Positions 49,401 to 59,130 of a stretch of DNA of 64,000 nucleotides are shown here, piece by piece. The stretch is from an uncultured virus (IMG/VR IMGVR_UViG_3300025870_000001) (Duplodnaviria; Heunggongvirae; Uroviricota; Caudoviricetes). The DNA is taken from IMG/VR virus record IMGVR_UViG_3300025870_000001. One strand, 5' to 3'. The translations under genes and the position numbers were made by a program. Every line of letters begins with the position of its first letter. The first letter of the stretch is position 1. The notes under the pieces are model-generated. The model made no database searches, was not told the DNA's origin, and saw only the letters and a list, made by a program, of their open reading frames with translations.

Positions 49401-52293
49401 CTACTTCATATCCAGAACCAGCAAAACTAGGAGAAACTGTGGCAGAAAAGTTTCCAGAATTTATCGATACATCGAATTTTGCCCCACGACCCTTACCATT
49501 CATTACATTCAAATTTAAATAACTATCTGAATTTGCAGCAGTTCCATTCAACACAGACAGCTTTCGGACTTGGCCAGAAACAAAAGAACCATCAACGTTT
49601 CCGTCTACAGTTTCATCAATCCGTATCGTTAAATCATTAGTACCGTCGGCCCCGCCTAGTTTCGAGCCCAAAACAGTTATGATAGAACCAACTACATAAT
49701 TGCTTCCCCTATCTTTGCCAAACGGATCAACTGTTTCATAAGAATTACCAATCTTGTTTACAGAAAATCTCAAATCAGAACCACCAGATACATCTACAGA
49801 ATATGTCGGTGAAAAGTAAGAATTTACAGAATCCGGCATCGCCTTAGCTGGATCCATCAATTGGAATGCAGATATCTGTCCACCTTGTGGGCGGCCGATC
49901 GCGGCGAAATCATTAATTCTACCACTATCGTCAACTTCTGTCACCTGTATCACCAAATCATGTTCTGGAGTACTTCCGCCAATCAAAGTGCCTGGAATTG
50001 TAAAAGTATCACCCACTACATATCCTGTAGTTGGGGATGGATTATTATTTGAATCTGCATCACTCAAAAGAAGAGAAATAAGTTTTGGATATGTCGCCTG
50101 TGTTGTGTCTATATCCCAAACAGCACCAGTGCCATTTTCAGATGTGGTAGTATATTGTGTATCCTCAATGTCTGTAACAACAACTCCACCAGTTACTGCA
50201 GTGATTTTTACAAACACATCGTGAGTAATATCTTCGCCCTGTGGGGCAAAATTGCTACCCAATATTTTAACAACATCATTGACTGAATACAATTGGGAAT
50301 TGTCTGTAGATGAAAGACTAATATTGCTAATGATATTATTTGTAATTACAACATCAAAATTAGCACCAAATCCCAATCCATTGTTCAACACTGCATCTTG
50401 TCTCAGTAGATCTACTGTTGCAGGGAATATGGAAGTAGTATTAGCTGTGGTATTTACTACTGAAACTCCAGTAATCGCCCCATCCGCATCTACTGATGTA
50501 ACTGTTAAATCTAAATCTTGTCTAACTCTTGTTTCTGTTGGATCCCCCTGATTTATATTGACAATATTTCCCAAAGGAAATTCTACAGGCATTAGTGAAG
50601 ATTTGTGTCTATATGAAAGTGCATTTGCCTTTTTATCTAAAAAATAACCCTGATATTGATTATCATTTCTGAATAAGATCTGATCGGTTCCAAGAAATGC
50701 TTCATAATCATATAGGATGAAAACATCGTCATATTTTGTGTCTATATTTTCTATAGAAACTACAGTGTTTGTTGAATTTGCTGGATATATATCTCCGCTC
50801 AAAGAAATATCAAAAACAGTCATAGGATATTCTAGAGACTCAGGGTTTTGATTAAATATAACTTCATAATTTGTTGTAGTTGAACTTATATCAGCAACTT
50901 CGCCAAGACCACCAGAACCCAATGTGCCAGTATCTGCAAATTCAATCTGTTCTCCAGTAATATATCCTTCACCAGCACCAACAATTTCAATTTCTTCTAT
51001 GTGGCCAGGCGTAGTGTGTTCTATAAGAGCAGAGAACCCTGTGCCAGAACCGGCAGACGAAATATATGGGGTCAGTCCACGATTTCTTGGATAGTCTGTG
51101 CCTGGGCTTGTTATTTCAAATCCAACAACACATTCATATAATTCTTCTTCATAGCTTGTATTATTTGTTTGAAAAATTTCAATTTTTTCTTTACTAGAGA
51201 ATTCTCCAATAATATTAGTTATAAAATATTCTCTAACTAGATTATTGCCCAATTTAAAATCTTTATAGTATTCTACAATACCTTCTGCTTTGGAAGTTTT
51301 TCCAACGACTTTATATGGAGTTTCTATTTTTGGATCTGTAGGAGCACTTCTAGTATATGGAATTGCTCTAAGACTCTTATTAGAATCCCAAACATTATTG
51401 CTCAATTTAAATATATTTGTTTTGGGGTAGTAAATATCAATATCTTCATTAAATATAGCACGAAATAAAAACTTAAAAGATGGTTCTGTACCTTTTGATT
51501 GGTAGAACTCTTTCATAAACTTTAAAAAATTCTTTTGATTCGTATAGCTCGTTTTTTTAACTGAGGCATCACTAACAATTTTCTTCACAGCATCTTCGGT
51601 GTCTGCAGTAGCAGTTGTTGCCAACAAAGACTGGATATAAAATCTAACTTTTATTAAGTCATTACTAGTTGGTTTTTGTGGGTCGCCATTACTGTCTATG
51701 AATTTTATTTGATTATTATCTAAAATATAATCTACATTTTCTACTAACTCTACATAACTACCTAATGCCCCACCAGACTGCAGTTCTGGATCTGTAAGAT
51801 GTTCAACGATTGCATCTAAAGTAGTTCCCGTACCTCTAGCAGACCCAGCCGCATTAGAAAAAACTCTAATATCGACAACAGAACTATCATCATTTGGATT
51901 ACCAAGATAATATATAGGACTGAAATAATTTAATTTAAATGTATGGTTATTTCCATCTGCAAAAAAGTGTTGATCAGAAGTAGTTTCAGTTAAAGATTGA
52001 GTATCTGCTTCTACATTTTCATCTGAAAACTGTAAACCTTTTATTCTTGTAATATTTGGAAAACTATCGGCAAGTTCACTTTTAAACATCGAAACGAATA
52101 AATCAAGAGTTTGATCTAGGTCAGTATAATCTACGATTTTATTAGTAACTTGTGATACATTACTCTCTTTAGCCATCCACTCATAATAAAGTTCTAAAAA
52201 CTTAACAAACTTACCATATTCTTCATCACTAGAAATATAGAAAGGAAGTTGTTCTCTAATGTAGGCTGATATGTTTTTAATATTTTCTTGCAT
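46435..52293 (-). CDS. gp7: Baseplate wedge initiator gp7-like, with inserted repeats and a LamG-like domain (1952 aa)
   Basis: FVKFLELYYEW; FYQSKGTEPSFKFLFRAIFNE; ITDSYLWQDYSYVIK...WRKIVKKVLHPAGMMMFGE; lies between gp6 and gp8. Confidence 0.85.
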   Translation of the reverse strand: MQENIKNISAYIREQLPFYISSDEEYGKFVKFLELYYEWMAKESNVSQVTNKIVDYTDLDQTLDLFVSMFKSELADSFPNITRIKGLQFSDENVEADTQSLTETTSDQHFFADGNNHTFKLNYFSPIYYLGNPNDDSSVVDIRVFSNAAGSARGTGTTLDAIVEHLTDPELQSGGALGSYVELVENVDYILDNNQIKFIDSNGDPQKPTSNDLIKVRFYIQSLLATTATADTEDAVKKIVSDASVKKTSYTNQKNFLKFMKEFYQSKGTEPSFKFLFRAIFNEDIDIYYPKTNIFKLSNNVWDSNKSLRAIPYTRSAPTDPKIETPYKVVGKTSKAEGIVEYYKDFKLGNNLVREYFITNIIGEFSSKEKIEIFQTNNTSYEEELYECVVGFEITSPGTDYPRNRGLTPYISSAGSGTGFSALIEHTTPGHIEEIEIVGAGEGYITGEQIEFADTGTLGSGGLGEVADISSTTTNYEVIFNQNPESLEYPMTVFDISLSGDIYPANSTNTVVSIENIDTKYDDVFILYDYEAFLGTDQILFRNDNQYQGYFLDKKANALSYRHKSSLMPVEFPLGNIVNINQGDPTETRVRQDLDLTVTSVDADGAITGVSVVNTTANTTSIFPATVDLLRQDAVLNNGLGFGANFDVVITNNIISNISLSSTDNSQLYSVNDVVKILGSNFAPQGEDITHDVFVKITAVTGGVVVTDIEDTQYTTTSENGTGAVWDIDTTQATYPKLISLLLSDADSNNNPSPTTGYVVGDTFTIPGTLIGGSTPEHDLVIQVTEVDDSGRINDFAAIGRPQGGQISAFQLMDPAKAMPDSVNSYFSPTYSVDVSGGSDLRFSVNKIGNSYETVDPFGKDRGSNYVVGSIITVLGSKLGGADGTNDLTIRIDETVDGNVDGSFVSGQVRKLSVLNGTAANSDSYLNLNVMNGKGRGAKFDVSINSGNFSATVSPSFAGSGYEVGQTLTISGQRLGYQWIKDNFVAGLSKVGDNALFTNFGYTRTNDIDAVLDEKLTSGELTLDFWYFRKSISVTDLSSPGGTLFSFNVENTGEQKSILWQRPDGTLLLEDGGGNQLTSAQLEFGKWHHIAIHFSNASTTLYVDGKKEDTISSVNMLQYSSGTNFYVGARQEVSADYIMFDYTLGFFGSMRFTSGQRYEEQPINVDGDILVEDRGTENPISGNGLNPIHVNPVPSYRTIRNSTQQQNTFTADQGQTIFALEYDASLQVNILVNDVSNTNFTATDGEQIIFNSGLSEGDIVKVSSYSNIEDDVEYIIYDNTNAAAGNKISLRHADATGIYSTYNLPDGHSLRVKYSARPPAGVSGTRLISKGANYIRQPYGYVRNKTLSYSSQGDGAFFKGMGSSIGGISKVKIFESDIQDEYDGFGVGYDTAPTIDLSSIGNGDAQVTVKTGPLCVREGAYINDQGFLSDNNRITDSYLWQDYSYVIKVGRYIDEWRKIVKKVLHPAGMMMFGEYSITTTAGLRRTTNSAWSQLIYEIIKNINLKVKNMDGLGRWTYGHSDVQDTNNLNSHGIRVTYDNRQPTIDSMIDGLYAGVGTGEISDDTIGAASVDTGSGRYALLDSSNADALDWNLVEKIALNYKDAFGTDNANYYESEIIGNNFTVYDTSDANITSDEWLNTRPWGKYEVTSVEFDDDAEDRYAILSVKYLRHYKTMPNLSPENRVEFRWDNIFRGNVDRQPNHWIGSTADGANPRDEKMIINISGRYNNNKEGDVPTLHTTYRSLERFKFYFTASFPWQNLSPYLFSPQAEMYTSPWLNRRKLIQGTTLTHVARRPTQYNMWYFLPVEVDGDDEWIANTDGTDHKWTNTRIAEITEKSDRKYRAVLDAHVDLNPVYLVMSEEEPNSSTRKRMGPTNLSVERAKFNEKVQMLDYNVDRIDFDENELYLNTFGKYAVPGGLHDKSNFASESNIVTYNSSPSSIEELNIIISSTLVD

Positions 52294-52295
52294 TT

Positions 52296-54335
52296 TTAGT
52301 AACCACTACCACTGCTAGAGCTTGATCCGCTTGAACCAGCAGATGTTTGAGAACTATCTCCATATACTCTAGTTATTGAGCCACTACTTCCACTAGATAT
52401 AGAAGCAGAGTTTGTATTATAAGAAGTAGAAACATTTCTAGAAACTACAACCCTCTGCGTTGAGATGTCATAGTTTTCATTAAATTCGTCCGTATCTTCA
52501 ATAAGATTAACTTCCAACTCATCCATATCAATATAAATTATTTGATTTCTAACAGGAAAAATATCATTTGATGCTGGAGTACATGCAATTCCTATCATAT
52601 CGCCACCCAATACTCCTGTAACATTTAAGTCTGGAATATCGACCAGACCTGTTGTATAATTTACAGTACCAATAGCATTTAATGTATAAATTCTTGTTCC
52701 AAAATTATTGATATTATACATTCTGATGCTTCCAAGCCCATTATCGTCTATATAAAATGGAAGTTCGTTTCCAGAAATATAAAATGCGTTTGAGTATATG
52801 GAATTTGGAGAAATATTATTACTAAAATTAAAAGAATATTTGCTTGATGTATTTACTGTTGCGGATTGTTCATTTATCATTATAATTGTAGTTAAGTTAT
52901 TGGTAATACTCTCATCTGTTTGGTCAATCTTGGCAAGAAATTGAGAATACCTAAAATAACTGTTAAAATCATTCAAGAATTTACTATTATAATCTATGAT
53001 AGAATTTTTAACAGCAGCTGTCAGATCTGCAGTTTCTAATAAGGTAGATTCGTTATCATATTTCACTTGAGTATTGATTTTTAATTTAATAAAATCTGGA
53101 TCAACAATATCTGGAGTAAGTCCTAAAACAGAATAATTTTTAACTAAAGAATTCTTTACAGAAACTTTTTCTTGCTCAGACAAATATAATCCACTATTTG
53201 GTTTAATAGAAATAAATATTCTACCATATTGTGGAGGGTCATTATCTTCACCACCCCAAACATTCATTGAAGCTGTTTGTGGATAAATTTTTGGAATAAT
53301 TGTCATATAATCTCTAGAAGTTACTGCACGATTTTGTCCTTCAAAAGTTCTTGGAGCATAAAATTTAATCGATTCTATACTCTCTTTATCAGAACCACCA
53401 TAAGTTCTACCAATTATAGATAAATTGTTTGGGAAAACAGTAGGAGTTGCTGCCCGTATATTATCAGGAACATCTTTTCCCAACATTGTCATTTGGCCAG
53501 TAAGTCCATTTACTGCTGCACCGGCAGAAGTAACATATCTAATAGTAAGTTCATTTCCAGATACCAAATTTTTTCCAAGAACTCCATCTCCAAACAAAAC
53601 CTCATAATTTCCATCAGCAGATTCTTGTAAAAAATATCTAGTGGAAACATCAGTCAATGCCATCGTATCGGTGTTTAATGTATACTCTTCTATGAAATCA
53701 CTAAATTTATTTTCTTTAACAAAAACTTTCAACGTAGAAGTATCGACATTTGGGTTTGATATCAAAAATCTTTGATTTACATCAGAAGTGTCCACGATAT
53801 AACTTTCAGTTACTAAACTACCTTGGATTACTTCAAGGTCAAATATTTCGTAAATATGTCTAAACTGGCCATTGCCAATATCAATTGGATCTTGTGAACG
53901 ATTGACTACTCTCGAAACTGATGGTACAAATCTATAGTCAACTCCGTCAACTGATAACTTAAATACAAAATTACTATCAATTTTAATATTTGCAAACTTA
54001 GTATTTGATTTATCTCCAATTCTATTCTCGATCATAAAAACTGATGATAATGTTGCCTTTGCAGATCTTGTAGAGGTTGGAGTATATCCAAGCAATTTTG
54101 CTTTGGATACCACGTTGTCTCTAATTCTGGCGGTGTCTAAAAACATTTCATTTGCCATCATGTTCAAATAGAATGAGTTATAATATGTGTTATATCCCAA
54201 GATATCAGTAAGAGTATCTAGTGCAGAACCTTCAAAGTTATAATCTCTAAAAGTTTCATCCGATTTCATATAGTCTTTTATAGAGGACTTTATAGCCTCA
54301 AAATCTAATTCAGATATATTAATGTTTTTTGCCAT
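52296..54335 (-). CDS. gp6: Baseplate wedge protein gp6
   Basis: ISELDFEAIKSSIKDYM...FRDYNFEGSAL...YNTYYNSFYLNMMANEMFLDTA; ESIESIKFYAP...QNRAVTSRDY; WGGEDNDPPQYGRIFISIKP. Confidence 0.95.
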   Translation of the reverse strand: MAKNINISELDFEAIKSSIKDYMKSDETFRDYNFEGSALDTLTDILGYNTYYNSFYLNMMANEMFLDTARIRDNVVSKAKLLGYTPTSTRSAKATLSSVFMIENRIGDKSNTKFANIKIDSNFVFKLSVDGVDYRFVPSVSRVVNRSQDPIDIGNGQFRHIYEIFDLEVIQGSLVTESYIVDTSDVNQRFLISNPNVDTSTLKVFVKENKFSDFIEEYTLNTDTMALTDVSTRYFLQESADGNYEVLFGDGVLGKNLVSGNELTIRYVTSAGAAVNGLTGQMTMLGKDVPDNIRAATPTVFPNNLSIIGRTYGGSDKESIESIKFYAPRTFEGQNRAVTSRDYMTIIPKIYPQTASMNVWGGEDNDPPQYGRIFISIKPNSGLYLSEQEKVSVKNSLVKNYSVLGLTPDIVDPDFIKLKINTQVKYDNESTLLETADLTAAVKNSIIDYNSKFLNDFNSYFRYSQFLAKIDQTDESITNNLTTIIMINEQSATVNTSSKYSFNFSNNISPNSIYSNAFYISGNELPFYIDDNGLGSIRMYNINNFGTRIYTLNAIGTVNYTTGLVDIPDLNVTGVLGGDMIGIACTPASNDIFPVRNQIIYIDMDELEVNLIEDTDEFNENYDISTQRVVVSRNVSTSYNTNSASISSGSSGSITRVYGDSSQTSAGSSGSSSSSGSGY

Positions 54336-54794
54336 CTATCTTACTCTTTTTACTTTTAAAGTATAGTCAAATACTTCTGTTGCCGGTGGTACTTTATATT
54401 TAATTTCAATATTCAACTGATTATTATCAGTTGCCCTAGTCACAGAACCTTTTCCATATCTATTTTCCCCATCACCAACAAATTGAACGTCTGTCACTAC
54501 AACTCTAGGCTCATATTCTGCTATAGTCAATCTTATAGTTTCTTTTATATTTATTTCGTCTGGAATGGACATATATTCAATATCTGATATCAATTCAAAA
54601 AGATTTCCATACATATTACCACCAAAATTTTGAAAGAAAGGTTTTTCACCTTTATTGGTAAGTAAAATATTCACAAGACTCTGTTCAATTGCAGGGAATT
54701 TATTTTGCTCGGGAATATCTTTTTTAATCTTTATATCTCCAGAAGACATTCTGGTAAATTTTAAATCAAAATCTTTATTAGTTACTAGTGTCAT
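54336..54794 (-). CDS. gp25: Baseplate wedge/sheath initiator gp25
   Basis: AIEQSLVNILLTNKGEKPFFQNFG...LFE...IAEYEPRV; lies between gp5 and gp6. Confidence 0.92.
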   Translation of the reverse strand: MTLVTNKDFDLKFTRMSSGDIKIKKDIPEQNKFPAIEQSLVNILLTNKGEKPFFQNFGGNMYGNLFELISDIEYMSIPDEINIKETIRLTIAEYEPRVVVTDVQFVGDGENRYGKGSVTRATDNNQLNIEIKYKVPPATEVFDYTLKVKRVR

Positions 54795-54802
54795 TTTTCT
54801 TC

Positions 54803-57079
54803 CTATGGATTTAAATCAATTTTCGGGGCTTTAATCGTAGTATTCCCACCAGATTCGGTATCTAGAGTTTTTCCTATTTTTGCGTCCACTGCACCAGTAA
54901 CATTAATATTGACATCTTTATCTACAACAATATTTAGGTTTCCTTTTACATAAATATTATTATCACCAAAAACAATTTCATAATTGTCTTTTACTATCTT
55001 AGTGACCATGCTGCCATCTGGATGCATTTCTTGGAAAGTTCCCGATTTATGCATTACATTAATTCTTTCAGCCCCAGGCGTATCATCAAACTCTTGGACA
55101 TGTCCAGACTCTGTAAATAATACTTTATTGTGGGGATATTTCGCCGCGTATGGATTTTCTGGTTCTTCGAATAGGTCAGTTGTGTCTCTAGTCTTTTCTT
55201 TTTGTTGTACTGAATATGGTTTATCCTCAGAGGCGACTCCAGACGCTCCAGAGCCCTTTGCGTTTGTGGTGTAACCATCTGTAGTGGTCGCAGCTGCTGC
55301 CTCTGCAGCATCCTTCTGTGCATTCACAGAAGACTCTTGAACACTATCGGGTGCAATTTCCCACAACACCGTACCATCTGTCAAATTAGAAGTTCTGGGG
55401 CCACCATCAGTTCCAGAAGTTCCTGCTTTTTTTGCAATATAAACTTTTTGTTCTATAAAAGTAGATTCTCCAGCACCTTTAAGAAGTCTATTGGCGTTTA
55501 CTTCATGTCCAGCCATTTGATTATTTACTTTATCTCTGACTGTTCCGGCAGCACCACCATTATTTGCATCAGTTCTACCATAATACTTTTCACCAACGCC
55601 GCCAGCATTGATTGCAGAATAAACTTCCAATCTTCCCATGCCAGATCTAACACCAGCACCTTTGAGATATTTTACAACAGCACCATTAGGCCCAAGTTGG
55701 GAATCTAATGCAGTCTGTTCTGTTGAAAAATTTGCTCCATATTGTCTGGCTTGCGGTTCTCCAAATTGTATCAGTCCTCTATGCTGCCCCCATTGAGTAG
55801 TCGGGCCTTTCTTGCGTGGATCGAAAGTACCACCTGTTTCATATGATATCACTGTTGCTAAATCTGTTGCAGATATACCCAGAGAGGCAGCAGAAGAAAT
55901 AATACCAGTTTTCAATGTGAAAGGCGGCCCTCCAACTGAGTTTTGTCCTTCTGGCAACTTTGGGCCCTTAACCAAGTCTCCAACTGCATATGATGTTTTT
56001 TCGTTCCAATCGCTAACATCTAATGTGGGTTTGGGTTGTGTTTTTGCGCCAGTTCCAGATGGAGTTGAATATGTAGAACCAGTAATTGGTGCTGAGTTAC
56101 CAACAATTGCACTTTGATTTCCACTTGCATCTGGAACAATACCATTACGCTTTAGACGAACTGTTCCACGCTCTCCACTTGCCATACTGAAATGCATCGT
56201 ATCTTTTTTAGAGCTCCAGTCACCACCCCAACCCAGACCATATTTCTTAGCGATTGCAGATGTGTTTGATGGCATGTCAGTGATAAACCTATCACTATAA
56301 GGATTTTCCGCTGGATTGATATCTATTGACGCACCAGATGCATGATAACTCCATTTACCATTTCCAGCTGCAGATTTTCTATAAACATAACCACCAATAC
56401 TGTAGATAGTATATCCATTAGGATGATTTGGAGAAGGTGTCTTTTCTAATTCATTAATGAATCCTTGAAAATTGTCCTTGAATACTGTAGCAACCCATGC
56501 ACTCTTACCATTCTTAGTTGTAACTTTAGATATACGTTTTCTGTTCTCTTCGTCTGAAGATGTTCCAGATTGATCTACATCTTCGCTGTAATGCTTCCCA
56601 TGTCCACCATCATCAGGTCCAGAAGAATCTACGGCAGTTCCAGAAGAACCAGTATCTGGAGGAACGCCTTGAGCAAGTCTGTTAACATCTGTCTCATTAG
56701 TTGTAGATGCGCCAGGAACTCTTTCTTCAGTAGACGGATATGAACCATCCTCTGCTCCTGTAGATGTTTCATTTGGTCGTCCATAGACTGTTCCCCAAAT
56801 GATAGGGTCTTGGCCGGATTGTCCATCTCTAAAGAACCCCATAACCCATGCGCCAGGCAATGCACCAGTTGGAGATTGTCCTACACCAGCAATTGCTGCA
56901 GATGTGATAGGCATTATCGGGGAGGCCCAAGGAAGTTTTGTTGTTGGTAGTAATGACCTGTCTTCATTATGAAATCCAAAGATTCTAACTCTAACTCTAC
57001 CTAATGCTTCGGGGTCGTTTACATCTTCGACAATTCCTTGCCACCAAACTAAACCTTCTTTACCACTGAAAAAATCCAT
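54803..57079 (-). CDS. gp5: Baseplate hub / tail spike gp5 with M15-family peptidase and lysozyme-like domains
   Basis: OB-fold WWQGIVEDVNDPEALGRVRVRIFGFH...WVMGFFRDGQSGQDPIIWG; C-terminal YPHNKVLFTESGHVQEFDDTPGAERINVMHKSGT beta-helix ending IDLNP. Confidence 0.93.
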   Translation of the reverse strand: MDFFSGKEGLVWWQGIVEDVNDPEALGRVRVRIFGFHNEDRSLLPTTKLPWASPIMPITSAAIAGVGQSPTGALPGAWVMGFFRDGQSGQDPIIWGTVYGRPNETSTGAEDGSYPSTEERVPGASTTNETDVNRLAQGVPPDTGSSGTAVDSSGPDDGGHGKHYSEDVDQSGTSSDEENRKRISKVTTKNGKSAWVATVFKDNFQGFINELEKTPSPNHPNGYTIYSIGGYVYRKSAAGNGKWSYHASGASIDINPAENPYSDRFITDMPSNTSAIAKKYGLGWGGDWSSKKDTMHFSMASGERGTVRLKRNGIVPDASGNQSAIVGNSAPITGSTYSTPSGTGAKTQPKPTLDVSDWNEKTSYAVGDLVKGPKLPEGQNSVGGPPFTLKTGIISSAASLGISATDLATVISYETGGTFDPRKKGPTTQWGQHRGLIQFGEPQARQYGANFSTEQTALDSQLGPNGAVVKYLKGAGVRSGMGRLEVYSAINAGGVGEKYYGRTDANNGGAAGTVRDKVNNQMAGHEVNANRLLKGAGESTFIEQKVYIAKKAGTSGTDGGPRTSNLTDGTVLWEIAPDSVQESSVNAQKDAAEAAAATTTDGYTTNAKGSGASGVASEDKPYSVQQKEKTRDTTDLFEEPENPYAAKYPHNKVLFTESGHVQEFDDTPGAERINVMHKSGTFQEMHPDGSMVTKIVKDNYEIVFGDNNIYVKGNLNIVVDKDVNINVTGAVDAKIGKTLDTESGGNTTIKAPKIDLNP

Positions 57080-58380
57080 TATCTACCGCCTCCACCAAAG
57101 CCAACCGGCCCAACCAGCTGGGGAACTGGAGAAGGAAGAGTTTCGTTGAATGAATCTTTTACTAATTCTAAATCCATAATATATCTCCCACCCTGTATTC
57201 TATGTCTCAATGCGAATATTATATATTTCCCACTATAATATTCATCCTTTTTATCTGGATCAGTTGAACTAAACAAAGGAACATTTAATTCAAGACAATC
57301 GCCCGTAACCAAGTCACTATCTCCATACACTGTAATTGTACATTTAATATTTTCCATCAATTGTTTATAAAACAGTCTACTTAAAAATATCTTCTCTTGG
57401 TTGTATAGCGGCTTGCCAGCAGTCAATTCGACTTCTGGAAGGAGATAATAGGATTCTGGGCGATACTGTCTCCCCTGTCCGCTTACATCTTGGATAGGCC
57501 CATCATTCATATACTGATAGTCTGTAGAGTTATCCCAATATGAATGAGTGAAGGTTTTTGTATTTCTTGTAACCATATCTACCGTAGTGAGATTTCCAAC
57601 ATACATACCCTTTGCGATATTATCTAAAACAGAAAAGTTTGAGTTGAAAGAATATGTTATTACTTTTTTGTTTTCTGAATTTGGATCTAAAAAGGCATCA
57701 GGAGCTCCAGATCCAGTATTTTTTAAATCTCCCAAAAAGAACTCATTTCTCTTTTCACCCTGTGCCATAGATTCTATAGATTTTAATTTATAACCTTTTG
57801 TTGTTTCGAAAAATACATAGGACGAACTCTTATATGATTCTGAATATGCTCTATCACATAGAAAATTTATTGCTCGCATAGGAGTCATATTAGGAATTAT
57901 AATTCCAGTTTCTTGATCATATCTATCGTCGCTCGGTTCTACATCAAATGTCTTAGATGAATTAATTCTTTCAAAACATTTTTGGGCTATTTCAGTAGCA
58001 CTTCCTTCAAAGTGTTCAGATATTCTAGTTTCAAAATTAGAGATCATGTCTTCAGTAACCAATTCCAAATTATAACTTTGTGCTAAATTTTCATTAGATA
58101 CCGATGATATTTTATGTATTACCATATTAAGAGAAATTTGAGTATCACCGCCGCGCGTTTTAAATTGGATCTCAACCTTTTCCTGTCCTATAACTGGCAG
58201 GTAGTTCATCAAACCAACATCATCTAATATAGTAATTCTTGCTGTAATACTAGAGGAAAATAAATCTTCATATATTTGAATAGAAGAAGCAAGCGTAACT
58301 ACACTTTGTTTAAATCCATTATGAGAAGTTATTTCTAATTTAGATAACTCATAATCTCCTAGTTTAGTAAAATCAGACAT
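57079..58380 (-). CDS. Baseplate hub protein (gp27-like, marine T4-like type)
   Basis: IQIYEDLFSSSITARITILD...LPVIGQEKV; YVFFETTKGYKLKSIESM; ITVYGDSDLVTGD...YSGKYIIFALRH; lies between gp53 and gp5. Confidence 0.75.
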   Translation of the reverse strand: MSDFTKLGDYELSKLEITSHNGFKQSVVTLASSIQIYEDLFSSSITARITILDDVGLMNYLPVIGQEKVEIQFKTRGGDTQISLNMVIHKISSVSNENLAQSYNLELVTEDMISNFETRISEHFEGSATEIAQKCFERINSSKTFDVEPSDDRYDQETGIIIPNMTPMRAINFLCDRAYSESYKSSSYVFFETTKGYKLKSIESMAQGEKRNEFFLGDLKNTGSGAPDAFLDPNSENKKVITYSFNSNFSVLDNIAKGMYVGNLTTVDMVTRNTKTFTHSYWDNSTDYQYMNDGPIQDVSGQGRQYRPESYYLLPEVELTAGKPLYNQEKIFLSRLFYKQLMENIKCTITVYGDSDLVTGDCLELNVPLFSSTDPDKKDEYYSGKYIIFALRHRIQGGRYIMDLELVKDSFNETLPSPVPQLVGPVGFGGGGR

Positions 58381-59129
58381 TATTTAGAAGCCTCTTCCCA
58401 ATCTTTCAAAAAATCATTAATCAAATCTGTCCGTAATAGTTTTATTCTTCTATTCTTCTCATTATTATCAAAAGCATTATCCCAAACCGAATATAATTTA
58501 TACTGTTTCTTTTTTTGTATATCTAGATTTGCATAAGAACTATTTGAAATCTTATGAGTATCGTCAACAGACATATACCATATTGGAAGTTTTTTTGAAA
58601 TATCCAATGCTATTATCTTATCGTCCGATGTAAGTTTATCCCAAGAAGTCAAAAAATTATTCTGGTTCTCTTGTATTTCTCTACCATTCCAAATATAAAA
58701 ATCTCCATCAACTCTAGCAAGTTGGCCAACAGTTCTTGCACTTCTTTGTTGCAGAGAATCCTTATCCAATTCATTATTTTCTTTTTGAGGAATTGCATTT
58801 TTTCTTTTTAAATCAAAATATGGAAGAATTTCTGGATTATAAGTTTTCTTTATTGAATTGATAAGCTCTGTTTCTGTTCTTGGCCATTCCGAATACCTAT
58901 CCTTTATATCATTTACCAACAAAATAATCCAAGACAATTTAGAATCTTTGTAGTAATTATATGCAATTTTTTCTGGAGTTTCGGAGTCGTGAACTGTATG
59001 ATCGAAAGTAGAAAGAGGATTGTTTCTATATTCTTGCATTACATAAGAATATTTAAAAATATTCTTTACCTCTCTAGATTGTCCATTAAGGTTTATGTCA
59101 TATTTTATATTGTTTAATCTATCGAACAT
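58380..59129 (-). CDS. gp53: Baseplate wedge protein gp53 (LysM-like)
   Basis: ETPEKIAYNYYKDSKLSWIILLVNDIKDRYSEWP; NEKNRRIKLL. Confidence 0.9.
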   Translation of the reverse strand: MFDRLNNIKYDINLNGQSREVKNIFKYSYVMQEYRNNPLSTFDHTVHDSETPEKIAYNYYKDSKLSWIILLVNDIKDRYSEWPRTETELINSIKKTYNPEILPYFDLKRKNAIPQKENNELDKDSLQQRSARTVGQLARVDGDFYIWNGREIQENQNNFLTSWDKLTSDDKIIALDISKKLPIWYMSVDDTHKISNSSYANLDIQKKKQYKLYSVWDNAFDNNEKNRRIKLLRTDLINDFLKDWEEASK

Positions 59130-59130
59130 A

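Noticed and set aside
52296..52420. Ser/Gly-rich C-terminal tail of gp6
   Set aside because: Low-complexity tails ending in SY/GY are common on gp6 of marine T4-like phages.
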